Positions 35,598 through 44,705 of a stretch of 64,000 bases of DNA are shown piece by piece. The notes beneath the pieces are model-generated. The model was not told the origin of the DNA, did no database searches, and saw only the letters and a list, made by a program, of their open reading frames with translations. Position numbers and translations under genes: made by a program. Source of the stretch: Acidimicrobiia bacterium (GTDB lineage: Bacteria; Actinomycetota; Acidimicrobiia; Spongiisociales; UBA5794); assembly GCA_003235475.1 (NCBI GenBank), contig QJWC01000079.1, positions 15,335 through 79,334 on the forward strand, written 5' to 3'. The first letter of the stretch is position 1; the number at the start of each line of letters is the position of its first letter.

Positions 35598-36828
35598 GAC
35601 ACGCCTTCGCATCCTCTCGTACATCGTTGCTGCGGCTTTGTCCCTCACCGCTGTTGCATTTGGCCTTGTCGGGCTCACCGCCGCTGGGGTCGACCAAACC
35701 CTGTGGATCGTCGATGTCGCGGTCTGGACGGTGGTCATCGCCGTTGTATCGATGATCGCCGTGCCTGCGCCGTCCGGATCGCTTCTGAGCCTGGGGATCG
35801 GCGCCGTCGTGGCTGCCTCGATCCTCGTCGAGGACATCACCGCGTTCGGTGCAGCCGTTGCTGCTGCGCTCGTCATCGTTTCCCTGGTCGAAGGCCGCTT
35901 CAGCTTCATGAGGCCGCGGACGGACGGCGACTTCCTGTCGGACGCGCTCGCGGCAATCGCGTACTCGACGCTGTTCGTCTACGCGGCGGACACGATCGAA
36001 CGACTTGCGTTCACCGACCCGTACTGGGGCTCTGTGTTCGCAGTGGCGGTCGGAGGACTTGGATGGTTTGTGGTGCGAGCGCTGGTTTCCGCCTTCGTCG
36101 GTGTCGAGCGAACGGATCTCGCGGGCCGGTACCTGTGGCTTCTCGCCCTCGAGGACTGGGCGGTTGTGGTCTCCCTCCTGGCGGCAGGAGCGCTCTTCGG
36201 CCTCACTTGGCCGGTCATGGGGCTGTGGGCGCTTGCGGTCGCGGTCCTCCCGTACGCGTTCGGCCACCTTGCATTCGAGCGCTACCACTCCACGAAGGTG
36301 ACATACGGTCAGACGATCAGGGCGCTCGCACAGATTCCGGAGGTCGCGGGCCTCGCCCCGAGGGGCCACTCGACGCGCACCGCCGAACTCGCGGTGGCAG
36401 TCGCCCAGGAGATGGGTCTCCATCCGAATGACGTGAACGAGCTCGAGTACGCGGCGTTGATGCACGATGTCGGGCGGATCACCCTGAACGAGCCTGCCAT
36501 CCTGAAGGCCGGATATACCGACGAAGACATCGCTCGGTGGGGGGCACAGATCATCGCAGAGGCGCCGTACCTCAGCCAGGTCTCGGAGCTCGTCGAGCAG
36601 CAACACCGCCCGTACCGGTCACCTGGCATCGAATTCGACCCTGACGTGCCGATGGCGTCAAAGATCATCAAGGTCGCCTCGGCGTACGACCAGGGTCGTG
36701 TCGAGTTGGGCCTCAGCGCGATCGAGGCTCTCGAGCGGATCCACCAGGGGTCGGCATACGAGTACGACCCCCAGGTCGCTGCGTCCCTCAGACGGGTGTT
36801 GGTCTTCCGGGGCGAGATCCCGTACTGA
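35590..36828 (+). CDS. Multi-TM HD-domain protein, degenerate HD-GYP paralog
   Basis: GTG at 35590 overlaps the upstream stop by 8 nt. The N-terminal ~240 aa is hydrophobic. The C-terminal domain keeps GHSTRTAEL and LMHDVGRITL. It has EQQHRPYRSPG and VASAYDQG at the positions of HHExxDGxGYP and ADxxDAMxSxRxYR. Confidence 0.78.
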   Translation: MAETRLRILSYIVAAALSLTAVAFGLVGLTAAGVDQTLWIVDVAVWTVVIAVVSMIAVPAPSGSLLSLGIGAVVAASILVEDITAFGAAVAAALVIVSLVEGRFSFMRPRTDGDFLSDALAAIAYSTLFVYAADTIERLAFTDPYWGSVFAVAVGGLGWFVVRALVSAFVGVERTDLAGRYLWLLALEDWAVVVSLLAAGALFGLTWPVMGLWALAVAVLPYAFGHLAFERYHSTKVTYGQTIRALAQIPEVAGLAPRGHSTRTAELAVAVAQEMGLHPNDVNELEYAALMHDVGRITLNEPAILKAGYTDEDIARWGAQIIAEAPYLSQVSELVEQQHRPYRSPGIEFDPDVPMASKIIKVASAYDQGRVELGLSAIEALERIHQGSAYEYDPQVAASLRRVLVFRGEIPY

Positions 36829-36837
36829 TCGCCCGAT

Positions 36838-37398
36838 TCAACGGTCGGCGGCGGATCCTGGGAGTCCCGTCACCCGATGCGCGAAGAGCGTGAGCGGCTG
36901 CCGAGTCTGGTCCTCGAGGAACACCGCGACCCCGATTGCGAGGAACACGTCGCCGAGCGAGAGCACGGCTCCCGGGAGGGGGATGATGTCGGCGAGGAAT
37001 GGGATCCTCGTCGCGTTGTCGAGGAGGACATGCTTCGCGTCGAGGACGAGATCCCCGCTCTCACCGGCGATGCGCGCGGCCTCGAGCAGCACCGGCATCC
37101 CACCGTTCGCGGCGATGACGGTGAAGTTCATGAGGATGCCGATGCCAGCGATCCAGATGCCGGTCAGGTTGCGGTTGAGCCACACGAACAGCAGCAGCGG
37201 CACGTACGAGCCGAGGACGAGCCCGACGGCGAGTTCGGGGTTGTCGTCGGGGACCAACGAGGATGCGGCAAGCACGAGGAATCCAAGGGGCAGCAGCCAC
37301 CAGAGCTTGACGCGCATTTCAGTGAGGTTGCGAAGCTTGCCTCCCCGCATCAGGCCCACGATCATCGAGACGACCAGGGCGAGCAAGATCCACTGCAT
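36838..37398 (-). CDS. Small polytopic membrane protein (resembles the DUF5317 family)
   Basis: 186 aa with about 5 TM segments. The end ...IPFLADIIPLPGAVLSLGDVFLAIGVAVF recalls what I remember of DUF5317. This is a family call from memory only. Confidence 0.6.
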   Translation of the reverse strand: MQWILLALVVSMIVGLMRGGKLRNLTEMRVKLWWLLPLGFLVLAASSLVPDDNPELAVGLVLGSYVPLLLFVWLNRNLTGIWIAGIGILMNFTVIAANGGMPVLLEAARIAGESGDLVLDAKHVLLDNATRIPFLADIIPLPGAVLSLGDVFLAIGVAVFLEDQTRQPLTLFAHRVTGLPGSAADR

Positions 37399-37474
37399 GC
37401 TGGCAGGGTAGCGGCGTGGACCGCGTGCTCTCGATGCGCGGATTCGATCTCCCGGTAGGCTGCGAACCCCATCA

Positions 37475-38254
37475 TTGAAAGGTTCCTGTGTGATCGACTA
37501 CAGCGTGTCCGACGGTGTCGCGACGATCACGATCAACGATCCCGACCGGCGAAACCCGCTGTCGGTGAGCGAGATGGCCGACCTCCTCGCCTCGGTGTCG
37601 CGCGTAGCGTCGGACGACGCGGCGCACGTGGTTGTGATCACCGGGGCGGGGGAGGTGTTCAGCGCCGGAGGCGATCTCTCGCGGGACTTCGTCCACCGGC
37701 CGCTCGCTGATCATGAGGGACGGGGTGCGCTCGCGAATCTGTTCCGCGAGATGTGGATGTGCCCGAAGCCGATCGTTGCCCGGGTCAACGGTGTGGCGCT
37801 CGGCGGTGGCCTCGGCGTCGCGGTCGCTGCTGACATCACGATCGCTGCGGAGGACGCGAGGCTCGGAACGCCGGAGATCAACGTGGGATTGTGGCCGATG
37901 ATGATCAGCGCGGTCCTCCGGACGAACGTACCGTCGAAGCCCCTTCTCGACATGATGCTGAGCGGGCGCATCGTGTCCGCCCAGGAAGCACTCGGCCTTG
38001 GGCTCGTCACGCAGGTGGTGCCGCGAAGCGACCTCGACGCCGCGGTCGATGCGAAGGTGGCTGTCCTCCGGGAGAAGTCTCCTGCGGCGCTCGCACTCGG
38101 GAAGCGGTCGTTCTACGCGATGTCCGGCATGGACGTCGACACCGCGCTCGACCATCTGCAATTCGGGCTCACCACTCTCGCCATGACCGACGACGCCCGC
38201 GAGGGAATCGACGCCTTCGTGAACAAGCGCGATCCGGAATGGACAGGCCGCTGA
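37475..38254 (+). CDS. Enoyl-CoA hydratase/isomerase (crotonase) family protein
   Basis: 259 aa. ITINDPDRRNPL, VVVITGAGEVFSAGGDL and ARVNGVALGGGLGVAVAADI are crotonase oxyanion-hole motifs. Confidence 0.9.
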   Translation: MKGSCVIDYSVSDGVATITINDPDRRNPLSVSEMADLLASVSRVASDDAAHVVVITGAGEVFSAGGDLSRDFVHRPLADHEGRGALANLFREMWMCPKPIVARVNGVALGGGLGVAVAADITIAAEDARLGTPEINVGLWPMMISAVLRTNVPSKPLLDMMLSGRIVSAQEALGLGLVTQVVPRSDLDAAVDAKVAVLREKSPAALALGKRSFYAMSGMDVDTALDHLQFGLTTLAMTDDAREGIDAFVNKRDPEWTGR

Positions 38255-38258
38255 GCCG

Positions 38259-38567
38259 TCACGCAAGCCACTGGAACAACCAGAGGGCTGGGAGCCCAAC
38301 GGCAATCGCTGCGGCGACACTTCTCGTCTTCCAAGCGGCAAGGCCACCGAGCACGGCGGCCGGGACGAAGAGGTTGAACGGCTCGATCGAGCCGTTGGGT
38401 GCGACGAATCCCGGAACCGCAAGCGCGGCGAGGACCGCCGGAGCGACGTAGCGAAGTGCCTGTTCGACGCGGGCTGGCACGGAGAACCTGCCGAACAGCG
38501 CGACGAACGAGAGGCGGATGCCGAACGTCGCCAGGCCAGCTGCGACCACCACGATCCACATTGTCAT
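38259..38567 (-). CDS. azlD: Branched-chain amino acid exporter small subunit (AzlD family)
   Basis: 102 aa from MTMWIVVVAAGLATFGIRLSFV. Three to four TM helices. 4-nt overlap with the upstream AzlC-like gene. Confidence 0.8.
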   Translation of the reverse strand: MTMWIVVVAAGLATFGIRLSFVALFGRFSVPARVEQALRYVAPAVLAALAVPGFVAPNGSIEPFNLFVPAAVLGGLAAWKTRSVAAAIAVGLPALWLFQWLA

Positions 38568-39274
38568 GGCTGGCTCCTCGCTGCCGCGGTCGATCGTTCC
38601 TCGGCGAGCATTCCCACGGCGATACCCGCTAGCGCCCCTGCGATGAGGCCGAGTCCGTATGGAAGGCCATGGGCTGCGACTGCAACGGCCCCGCCGGCGA
38701 TTGCCGCGATCAGGGTGGGCCTGTTGTGGACCGCCACGACGAGGAGGGCGAGGAACGTGAGCGGAACGGCGATCTCGAGCGACCATGACGTCGGCACGGT
38801 GGAGCCGAGGAAGATGCCGAGCGTTGTGGTGGTCTGCCATTCGCACCAGAGGGCAACCCCGGCGCCGAAGTAGAACGGGATGGCACGCGGCGCATCGCCG
38901 GGATCCGGATAGCGCTGCGACATCATGAGGTAGGCCTGATCGGTGAGCAGATATGCCGCGGGAAGCCTCACGCGCCATGGAAACGGAGCGGTGTACCGGC
39001 CGAAGTCAGCGGAGTACAGGAGCATCCGCGAGTTGATGACCACGGCGGTGACGAACGCCACGAGTGGAATCCCACCGCCGTCCATCACGTCGACGATCGC
39101 GATCTGCGCAGCGCCTGCGAACACGATGAACGAGGATGCCCAGGCTGGCACGATGGCGACGTCAGCAGCCGAAGCCGTCACGCCGAATACGAGTCCGAAT
39201 GGCGCCACCGCCAACAGGAATGGCAGGACCGCGCGTACGCCTTCGCGCACGTCTTTCAGCGATTCCCGGTTCAC
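38564..39274 (-). CDS. azlC: Branched-chain amino acid exporter large subunit (AzlC family)
   Basis: 236 aa. LPFLLAVAPFGLVFGV..., SFIVFAGAAQ and VINSRMLLYS are typical AzlC motifs. Confidence 0.85.
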   Translation of the reverse strand: MNRESLKDVREGVRAVLPFLLAVAPFGLVFGVTASAADVAIVPAWASSFIVFAGAAQIAIVDVMDGGGIPLVAFVTAVVINSRMLLYSADFGRYTAPFPWRVRLPAAYLLTDQAYLMMSQRYPDPGDAPRAIPFYFGAGVALWCEWQTTTTLGIFLGSTVPTSWSLEIAVPLTFLALLVVAVHNRPTLIAAIAGGAVAVAAHGLPYGLGLIAGALAGIAVGMLAEERSTAAARSQP

Positions 39275-39332
39275 GATGTTCCTTGTTGCGAACGGACGAC
39301 GCTAGCCGTCGGAGGGCCGGTGTCGGTTTCCC

Positions 39333-39863
39333 TCAACCGAAGTGCTTGGCGAACTTCTCCGCGAGCATCTCCTCGGTGACCTTGCCGAAGATGCGTTCGA
39401 CGATCACCCCATCGCCGGAGATGATGTAGGACGCTGGAAGACCGAGCGGTGTGTATGAGCCATCCACGACGTTGTCGGCATCGAAGGCGAGGGCGTAACC
39501 GACGCCCATCTCGTCCGCGAAGTCCCTCGCATCGTTGAGGCTGTCCTGGACCGCGATGCCGACGAACGCTACCTCTGGGTGGGCCTTTGCCGCAGCGTCG
39601 ATGGCTGGCATCTCCTCACGGCACGGGAAGCACCATGACGCCCAGAGATTCAGGAAGACGGGCCGGCCATCAGACATGAGGTGCTCGCTCAGAGAGAACT
39701 GCTCACCGTCGAACGTGGTCACCGAGAAGATCGGAGCGATCTCGTTTGCGGCCCCGTCGTCGTTCTGAACGTCCGGTTCGCCGTCCGAGGTCGATGTGCA
39801 CGACGACGCCAACAGCGCGATCACCGCGAGCCAAAGCACCAGGGGGATCGTTCGGAATCGCAT
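39333..39863 (-). CDS. TlpA/ResA-like thiol-disulfide oxidoreductase lipoprotein
   Basis: Start at the internal ATG MRFRTIPLVLWLAVIALLASSC (lipobox). Thioredoxin motif NLWASWCFPCREEMP. The upstream part of the 314-aa track ORF is not protein-like. Confidence 0.88.
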   Translation of the reverse strand: MRFRTIPLVLWLAVIALLASSCTSTSDGEPDVQNDDGAANEIAPIFSVTTFDGEQFSLSEHLMSDGRPVFLNLWASWCFPCREEMPAIDAAAKAHPEVAFVGIAVQDSLNDARDFADEMGVGYALAFDADNVVDGSYTPLGLPASYIISGDGVIVERIFGKVTEEMLAEKFAKHFG

Positions 39864-39933
39864 GGCTCGGACGCTAGAACCGGGCGAGAGATATTCGATG
39901 TGGCGGCCCTGACGGCCGTCTAGCCTCCTGCCC

Positions 39934-40548
39934 ATGTCCTTCTTCGAGCGGAACCGTGCGCAACTCGCGGAGCTTGGCATCGATCCTGCAAGGCTCCCCC
40001 CGGGCCAGTACCACACCGAGCGCTTCCCCGTCCTGCATGCCGGCAGCGTGCCGGACGTCGACCTGGACGAGTGGGATTTCGTGGTCGACGGTCTTGTGGA
40101 GGAGCGACTCGCGTGGTCCTGGGACGACATGGTGGCGATGGCGACCTCCGACGTCGTTGCCGACATCCACTGCGTCACGAAGTGGACCAAGTTCGACACG
40201 CGTTGGACCGGCATTCCCACGCGGCAGGTGTGGAACCAGATCGCGCCGAGCCCCGATGCCCGGTTCGTCATTGTCAACGCCTATCACGGGTTCACCGCCA
40301 ACCTCCCCGTCGAGGACTTCCTCTCCGAGGATGCGCTCTTTGCGACCCATTTCGACGGCGAACCGCTCGAACCCGAGCACGGATATCCGATGCGCCTCGT
40401 TGTGCCACACCTCTACTTCTGGAAATCGGTGAAGTGGGTGCGCGGCTTCACGCTCGTTGCAGAGGACCAGCCCGGCTTCTGGGAGCGAAATGGGTATCAC
40501 ATGTACGGCGACCCCTTCAAGCAACAGCGCTACTGGGGAGATACCTGA
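39934..40548 (+). CDS. Sulfite-oxidase-like molybdopterin-binding oxidoreductase domain protein (stand-alone, no signal peptide)
   Basis: 204 aa. ADIHCVTKWTKFDTRWTGIP and EHGYPMRLVVPHLYFWKSVKWV are the Oxidored_molyb/YedY-like motifs. Confidence 0.85.
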   Translation: MSFFERNRAQLAELGIDPARLPPGQYHTERFPVLHAGSVPDVDLDEWDFVVDGLVEERLAWSWDDMVAMATSDVVADIHCVTKWTKFDTRWTGIPTRQVWNQIAPSPDARFVIVNAYHGFTANLPVEDFLSEDALFATHFDGEPLEPEHGYPMRLVVPHLYFWKSVKWVRGFTLVAEDQPGFWERNGYHMYGDPFKQQRYWGDT

Positions 40549-40650
40549 GCGAAAGAATGGCAATTCTTACGATTTGGCCGGGAGAACAGGTACGAGAATT
40601 GCAAGTCTCTCCATTCCTGTGCGCTCCGTGAAGTCGGATGCGTCTTGTCG

Positions 40651-40670
40651 GGCGATTTCGCGAAATCGCC
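40651..40670. promoter_or_regulatory. Perfect 20-bp palindrome GGCGATTTCGCGAAATCGCC, candidate operator upstream of acnA
   Basis: Checked by hand: the reverse complement is identical. It lies 57 nt upstream of the acnA GTG (40727) in a comparatively AT-rich 178-bp intergenic region. Confidence 0.4.
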
Positions 40671-40726
40671 GGTCCTAATGTTGGATGCTGGACGCAGCGA
40701 AACCCCCATAACGAGGAGCCGAGCCC

Positions 40727-43399
40727 GTGGTACACGATCCCTTCTCAGCTCGCCAGACCATCCACACGCCGCTTGGGGACCGGGAGGTGTATCAACTCGA
40801 TGCCCTCAAGGACTTTGGCGACATCGACTCGCTGCCGTACTCCATCAAGGTGCTGTTGGAGTCGGTCCTCCGTAATCATGACGGCCACACCATCAGGGAC
40901 GAAGACGTCAAGGCAGTTGCGCAATACGATGCAACGAAGGCTGGCCAGACCGAGGTCGCGTTCAAGCCCGCTCGGGTGGTCCTCCAGGACTTCACAGGTG
41001 TTCCGGCGATCGTCGACCTTGCCGCGATGCGAGCTGCAATCGTCCGTATGACGGGCGACGAATCGGCTGCTGAAAAGGTCAACCCCCAGGTCCAGGCCGA
41101 TCTCGTGGTCGATCACTCGGTACAGGTGGACGCCTTCAACTCGAAGGACGCCCTCCAGATCAACAGCGACTACGAGTTCGAGCGCAACCGGGAGCGCTAC
41201 GAGTTCCTGAAGTGGGGCCAGTCCGCGTTCGACAACTTCTCCGTCGTGCCGCCGGCCACAGGAATCGTCCATCAGGTGAACCTCGAGTACCTCGCCCGCG
41301 TCGTGTGGGACGAGAACGGGACGCTGTACCCCGATTCGCTCGTTGGCACCGACAGCCATACCACCATGATCAACGGCCTGGGAGTCGTAGGTTGGGGCGT
41401 CGGCGGGATCGAGGCCGAGGCCGTCATGGTCGGCCAGCCGATCTACATGCTGCTCCCCGAGGTCGTCGGGTTCAGACTGACTGGAGAGCTGCCCGATGGA
41501 TCCACCGCGACCGACCTCGTCCTGAGGGTCACCGAGATGCTCCGCGAGCACGGTGTCGTCGGGAAGTTCGTCGAGTTCCATGGTCCGGGGCTCGCGACGA
41601 TGCCGCTCGCCAACCGCGCAACGATCGCGAACATGGCGCCCGAGTACGGGGCCACCGTCGGGTTCTTCCCCGTCGACGAAATGACGCTCGAATACCTGCT
41701 GCTGTCCGGCCGGTCGCGCGAACTCGTCGATGCCGTCCGCCAGTACACCAAGCTGCAGGGCTTGTGGCGTGAGGACGAGCGCAACATCGTGTATTCGAGC
41801 AACCTCGAACTCGACATGTCGACCGTCGTGCCGTCCCTTGCAGGCCCGAAGAGGCCGCAGGACCGCATCGAGCTTGGTCGGATGAAGGAACAGTGGCACA
41901 AGGACCTCCCCGGCATGCTTCGCCTCACCGGTGGAGCGTCTGATCCCGTGCCCGTCGAGTTGGACGGCGAATCGTTCGAGCTCGGAGACGGAGATGTCGT
42001 CATCGCAGCGATCACGAGCTGCACAAACACATCGAACCCCCAGGTCATGGTGGCTGCGGGTCTCGTCGCACGGAACGCGCACCGCCTCGGTCTCAACCGC
42101 AAACCATGGGTGAAGACCTCGCTCGCACCGGGATCGAAGGTCGTCACCGACTACCTCGAGGTGGCTGGCCTCATGGACGACCTGGAGGCAATCGGCTTCT
42201 ACACGGTCGGTTTCGGGTGCACGACCTGCATCGGGAACTCTGGTCCCCTCCAGAGTGAGATCTCCGACGCGGTTCGTGGCAACGACCTCGTCGTGACCTC
42301 GGTGCTTTCGGGGAACCGGAACTTCGAGGGGCGCATCAGTCCGGACGTCCGAGCGAACTACCTCGCGAGTCCGCCGCTCGTTGTCGCGTACGCACTCGCC
42401 GGGACGGTCGACATCGACCTGACGACTGAACCGCTCGGTGTTGGTTCCGACGGCAACGATGTGTACCTCTCGGACATCTGGCCCTCTCAGGAAGAGGTGC
42501 TCTCGGTCGTTGCCGACTCCGTGTCGAGTGACCAGTTCGCGCACGAGTATGCGTCGGTGTTCAAGGGTTCCGATGACTGGGAGGCAGTGACCACGTCTGG
42601 CGGCCACCTCTACGAGTGGAACGAAGCCTCCACCTACGTGCAGGAGCCGCCGTTCTTCACCGACCTCGCGCCGGAGCCAACGCCGATCACCTCGATCAAG
42701 GGTGCGCGGGCGTTGCTGAAGCTCGGCGATTCGGTGACAACGGACCACATAAGCCCCGCAGGCGCCATCGGGACGGACACGCCTGCCGGTCGGTACCTGC
42801 TGGATGCAGGCGTTGAGCAGCGGATGTTCAACTCGTATGGATCACGGAGGGGCAACGACCGGGTGATGACGAGGGGCACCTTCGCCAACATCCGGGTCAA
42901 GAACCAGCTTGCACCGGGCACCGAGGGCGGCTGGACGACGGATTTCACCGACGGCGAGGTCAAATCGGTGTACGAGGCGAGCCTCAACTACAAGGAAGCT
43001 GGCATTCCGCTTGTGGTCCTCACCGGTGCCGACTATGGCATGGGCTCGTCACGTGACTGGGCGGCGAAGGGCACGTTCCTGCTGGGCGTCAAGGCAGTGA
43101 TCGCCGAGAGCTACGAACGGATCCACCGATCGAACCTCGTCATGATGGGCGTGTTGCCGCTGACGTTCCCCGAGGGCCACAATGCCGACTCGCTCGGGCT
43201 TGATGGAACCGAGACATTCGACATCGCAGTCGATGACGCTCTGGCCCCCGGTCAGGGTGTCGAGGTCACCGCAACGAAGTCAGACGGTTCGACCGTGACC
43301 TTCTCGGCGACGGCACGCTGCGACACCCCGATCGAGGTCGACTATCTGCGTCACGGCGGCATCCTCCACATGGTCCTCCGCCAGATGGCCGACGCCTGA
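40727..43399 (+). CDS. acnA: Aconitate hydratase A
   Basis: 890 aa. [23 protein letters not shown] and [12 protein letters not shown] (Fe-S ligands), and [13 protein letters not shown] start. Confidence 0.96.
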   Translation: MVHDPFSARQTIHTPLGDREVYQLDALKDFGDIDSLPYSIKVLLESVLRNHDGHTIRDEDVKAVAQYDATKAGQTEVAFKPARVVLQDFTGVPAIVDLAAMRAAIVRMTGDESAAEKVNPQVQADLVVDHSVQVDAFNSKDALQINSDYEFERNRERYEFLKWGQSAFDNFSVVPPATGIVHQVNLEYLARVVWDENGTLYPDSLVGTDSHTTMINGLGVVGWGVGGIEAEAVMVGQPIYMLLPEVVGFRLTGELPDGSTATDLVLRVTEMLREHGVVGKFVEFHGPGLATMPLANRATIANMAPEYGATVGFFPVDEMTLEYLLLSGRSRELVDAVRQYTKLQGLWREDERNIVYSSNLELDMSTVVPSLAGPKRPQDRIELGRMKEQWHKDLPGMLRLTGGASDPVPVELDGESFELGDGDVVIAAITSCTNTSNPQVMVAAGLVARNAHRLGLNRKPWVKTSLAPGSKVVTDYLEVAGLMDDLEAIGFYTVGFGCTTCIGNSGPLQSEISDAVRGNDLVVTSVLSGNRNFEGRISPDVRANYLASPPLVVAYALAGTVDIDLTTEPLGVGSDGNDVYLSDIWPSQEEVLSVVADSVSSDQFAHEYASVFKGSDDWEAVTTSGGHLYEWNEASTYVQEPPFFTDLAPEPTPITSIKGARALLKLGDSVTTDHISPAGAIGTDTPAGRYLLDAGVEQRMFNSYGSRRGNDRVMTRGTFANIRVKNQLAPGTEGGWTTDFTDGEVKSVYEASLNYKEAGIPLVVLTGADYGMGSSRDWAAKGTFLLGVKAVIAESYERIHRSNLVMMGVLPLTFPEGHNADSLGLDGTETFDIAVDDALAPGQGVEVTATKSDGSTVTFSATARCDTPIEVDYLRHGGILHMVLRQMADA

Positions 43400-43409
43400 T
43401 CGCGTCCGA

Positions 43410-43952
43410 ATGAATCGGATCTCGGTGATCGGGTGTTCCGGATCGGGGAAGACGACGATGGCACGCGCCCTGTCGCAAACGCTCGGCATTCCTCATATGG
43501 AACTCGACTCCGTCTACCACCAGCCGAACTGGACACCGCTTCCCGAGGACGAGTTCGTTTCCCGTGTGGCCGACTTCACCGACGCCGATCGGTGGGTGGT
43601 GGACGGGAACTACACATCACTCGGCGTCAACGACGTCGTCTTCGACCGGGCGGATACCGTGGTCTGGGTTGACATGCCCCGGCATGTGGTGATGCGGCGG
43701 GTCATCTCCCGGTCGTTCGGGCGGGCGTTCACGGGTGAGGAGCTGTGGAACGGGAACACCGAGCGGTGGGCCAACCTGTTCAAGGTCGACCCCGAAGAGA
43801 ACATCATCACCTGGGCGTGGACGCGGTACGCCTCGACGAAGTCGAAGTACGAGCAGCGCCTCAAGGAAGCCCGGTTCCAGCACCTCGAGGTGTTTCGGCT
43901 TCGATCCCCGAAGGAATCTGATGTGTTTCTCAGGGTGTTGGCGTCAGGTTGA
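43410..43952 (+). CDS. P-loop NTPase, adenylate-kinase-like (topology-modulation/FlaR-like family)
   Basis: 180 aa. ISVIGCSGSGKTTMARAL Walker A at the extreme N-terminus, then WVVDGNY. Size and layout match the small AAA/adenylate-kinase-like family. Confidence 0.75.
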   Translation: MNRISVIGCSGSGKTTMARALSQTLGIPHMELDSVYHQPNWTPLPEDEFVSRVADFTDADRWVVDGNYTSLGVNDVVFDRADTVVWVDMPRHVVMRRVISRSFGRAFTGEELWNGNTERWANLFKVDPEENIITWAWTRYASTKSKYEQRLKEARFQHLEVFRLRSPKESDVFLRVLASG

Positions 43953-44589
43953 TCGAGACAGGACGCTCAGCCGCGCTCTCCAACAGGCCCTTGACGATCC
44001 CGTGGTCGATCCGTGCGATGATCTCTGATGTCTCGCTGGACTCGTCGACCAGTGGGCAGAAGTGGGCGACGATCCGGTTCTCGCCGGGCACCGTGGACGC
44101 GCCGAGTCCCTTGCCCATCATCGCGGTCGCGACCGCCATCGCCGCAGCCTCGTAGCCCTCATCATCAGCCATGCCGATCTCGGCGCCGAGCTCACGGCCG
44201 TACGCGTGGCCCACCGATTCCGCGACCGCGAGCGCGTTCCCATTATCGAGTTCGGAAATGACCTGGGTCAGCAGTTCCGCAAGCTGGTCGTACTTGCGAG
44301 CCGAATACTGCACCGTCACGGCCTTTTCGGTGACCTCGTATCGCTTGGCTGGCCTTCCGGCGGTGGGCTGTGTGGGCTTGCGGTCAGAGGTGCGGATGAA
44401 CCCGTCTGCGAGGAGGCGGTCGAGGTGGTGGCGAGCCACGTTCGGATGGATGTCGAACGCCCCCGCGATCTGGGCCGCGGTGAGCGGTTCGTGCGACTCG
44501 CGGATCATCACGTAGATGCCCCGCCGGGTCGTGTCCCCGAGGGCTCCGGTGATCTCCTCGATCTGTTCGTCGAATGTATCTGCTGGCAT
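43930..44589 (-). CDS. Winged-HTH transcriptional regulator (ArsR-like N-terminus) with unassigned C-terminal domain
   Basis: 219 aa. TRRGIYVMIRESHEPLTAAQIAGAFDIHPNVARHHLDRLLADGFI is an ArsR/wHTH pattern. Divergent from mrp. Its 3' end overlaps the convergent P-loop gene by 23 nt. Confidence 0.75.
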   Translation of the reverse strand: MPADTFDEQIEEITGALGDTTRRGIYVMIRESHEPLTAAQIAGAFDIHPNVARHHLDRLLADGFIRTSDRKPTQPTAGRPAKRYEVTEKAVTVQYSARKYDQLAELLTQVISELDNGNALAVAESVGHAYGRELGAEIGMADDEGYEAAAMAVATAMMGKGLGASTVPGENRIVAHFCPLVDESSETSEIIARIDHGIVKGLLESAAERPVSINLTPTP

Positions 44590-44705
44590 GTGGATCCTCG
44601 AACGAATACTACGTCGTCGGACCGGATCGATCGGCCCGTCACGCCGACGGCGTGGTCCGGTATCGGCGTTAGCCTCGCCAGTCCCGCGTCCATGGAGACT
44701 GCACG

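Noticed and set aside
40745-42748. 667-aa minus-strand ORF
   Set aside because: It lies entirely antisense to aconitase, whose identity is unambiguous. Its composition is Arg/Val/Asp/Gly-biased and it has no motifs.
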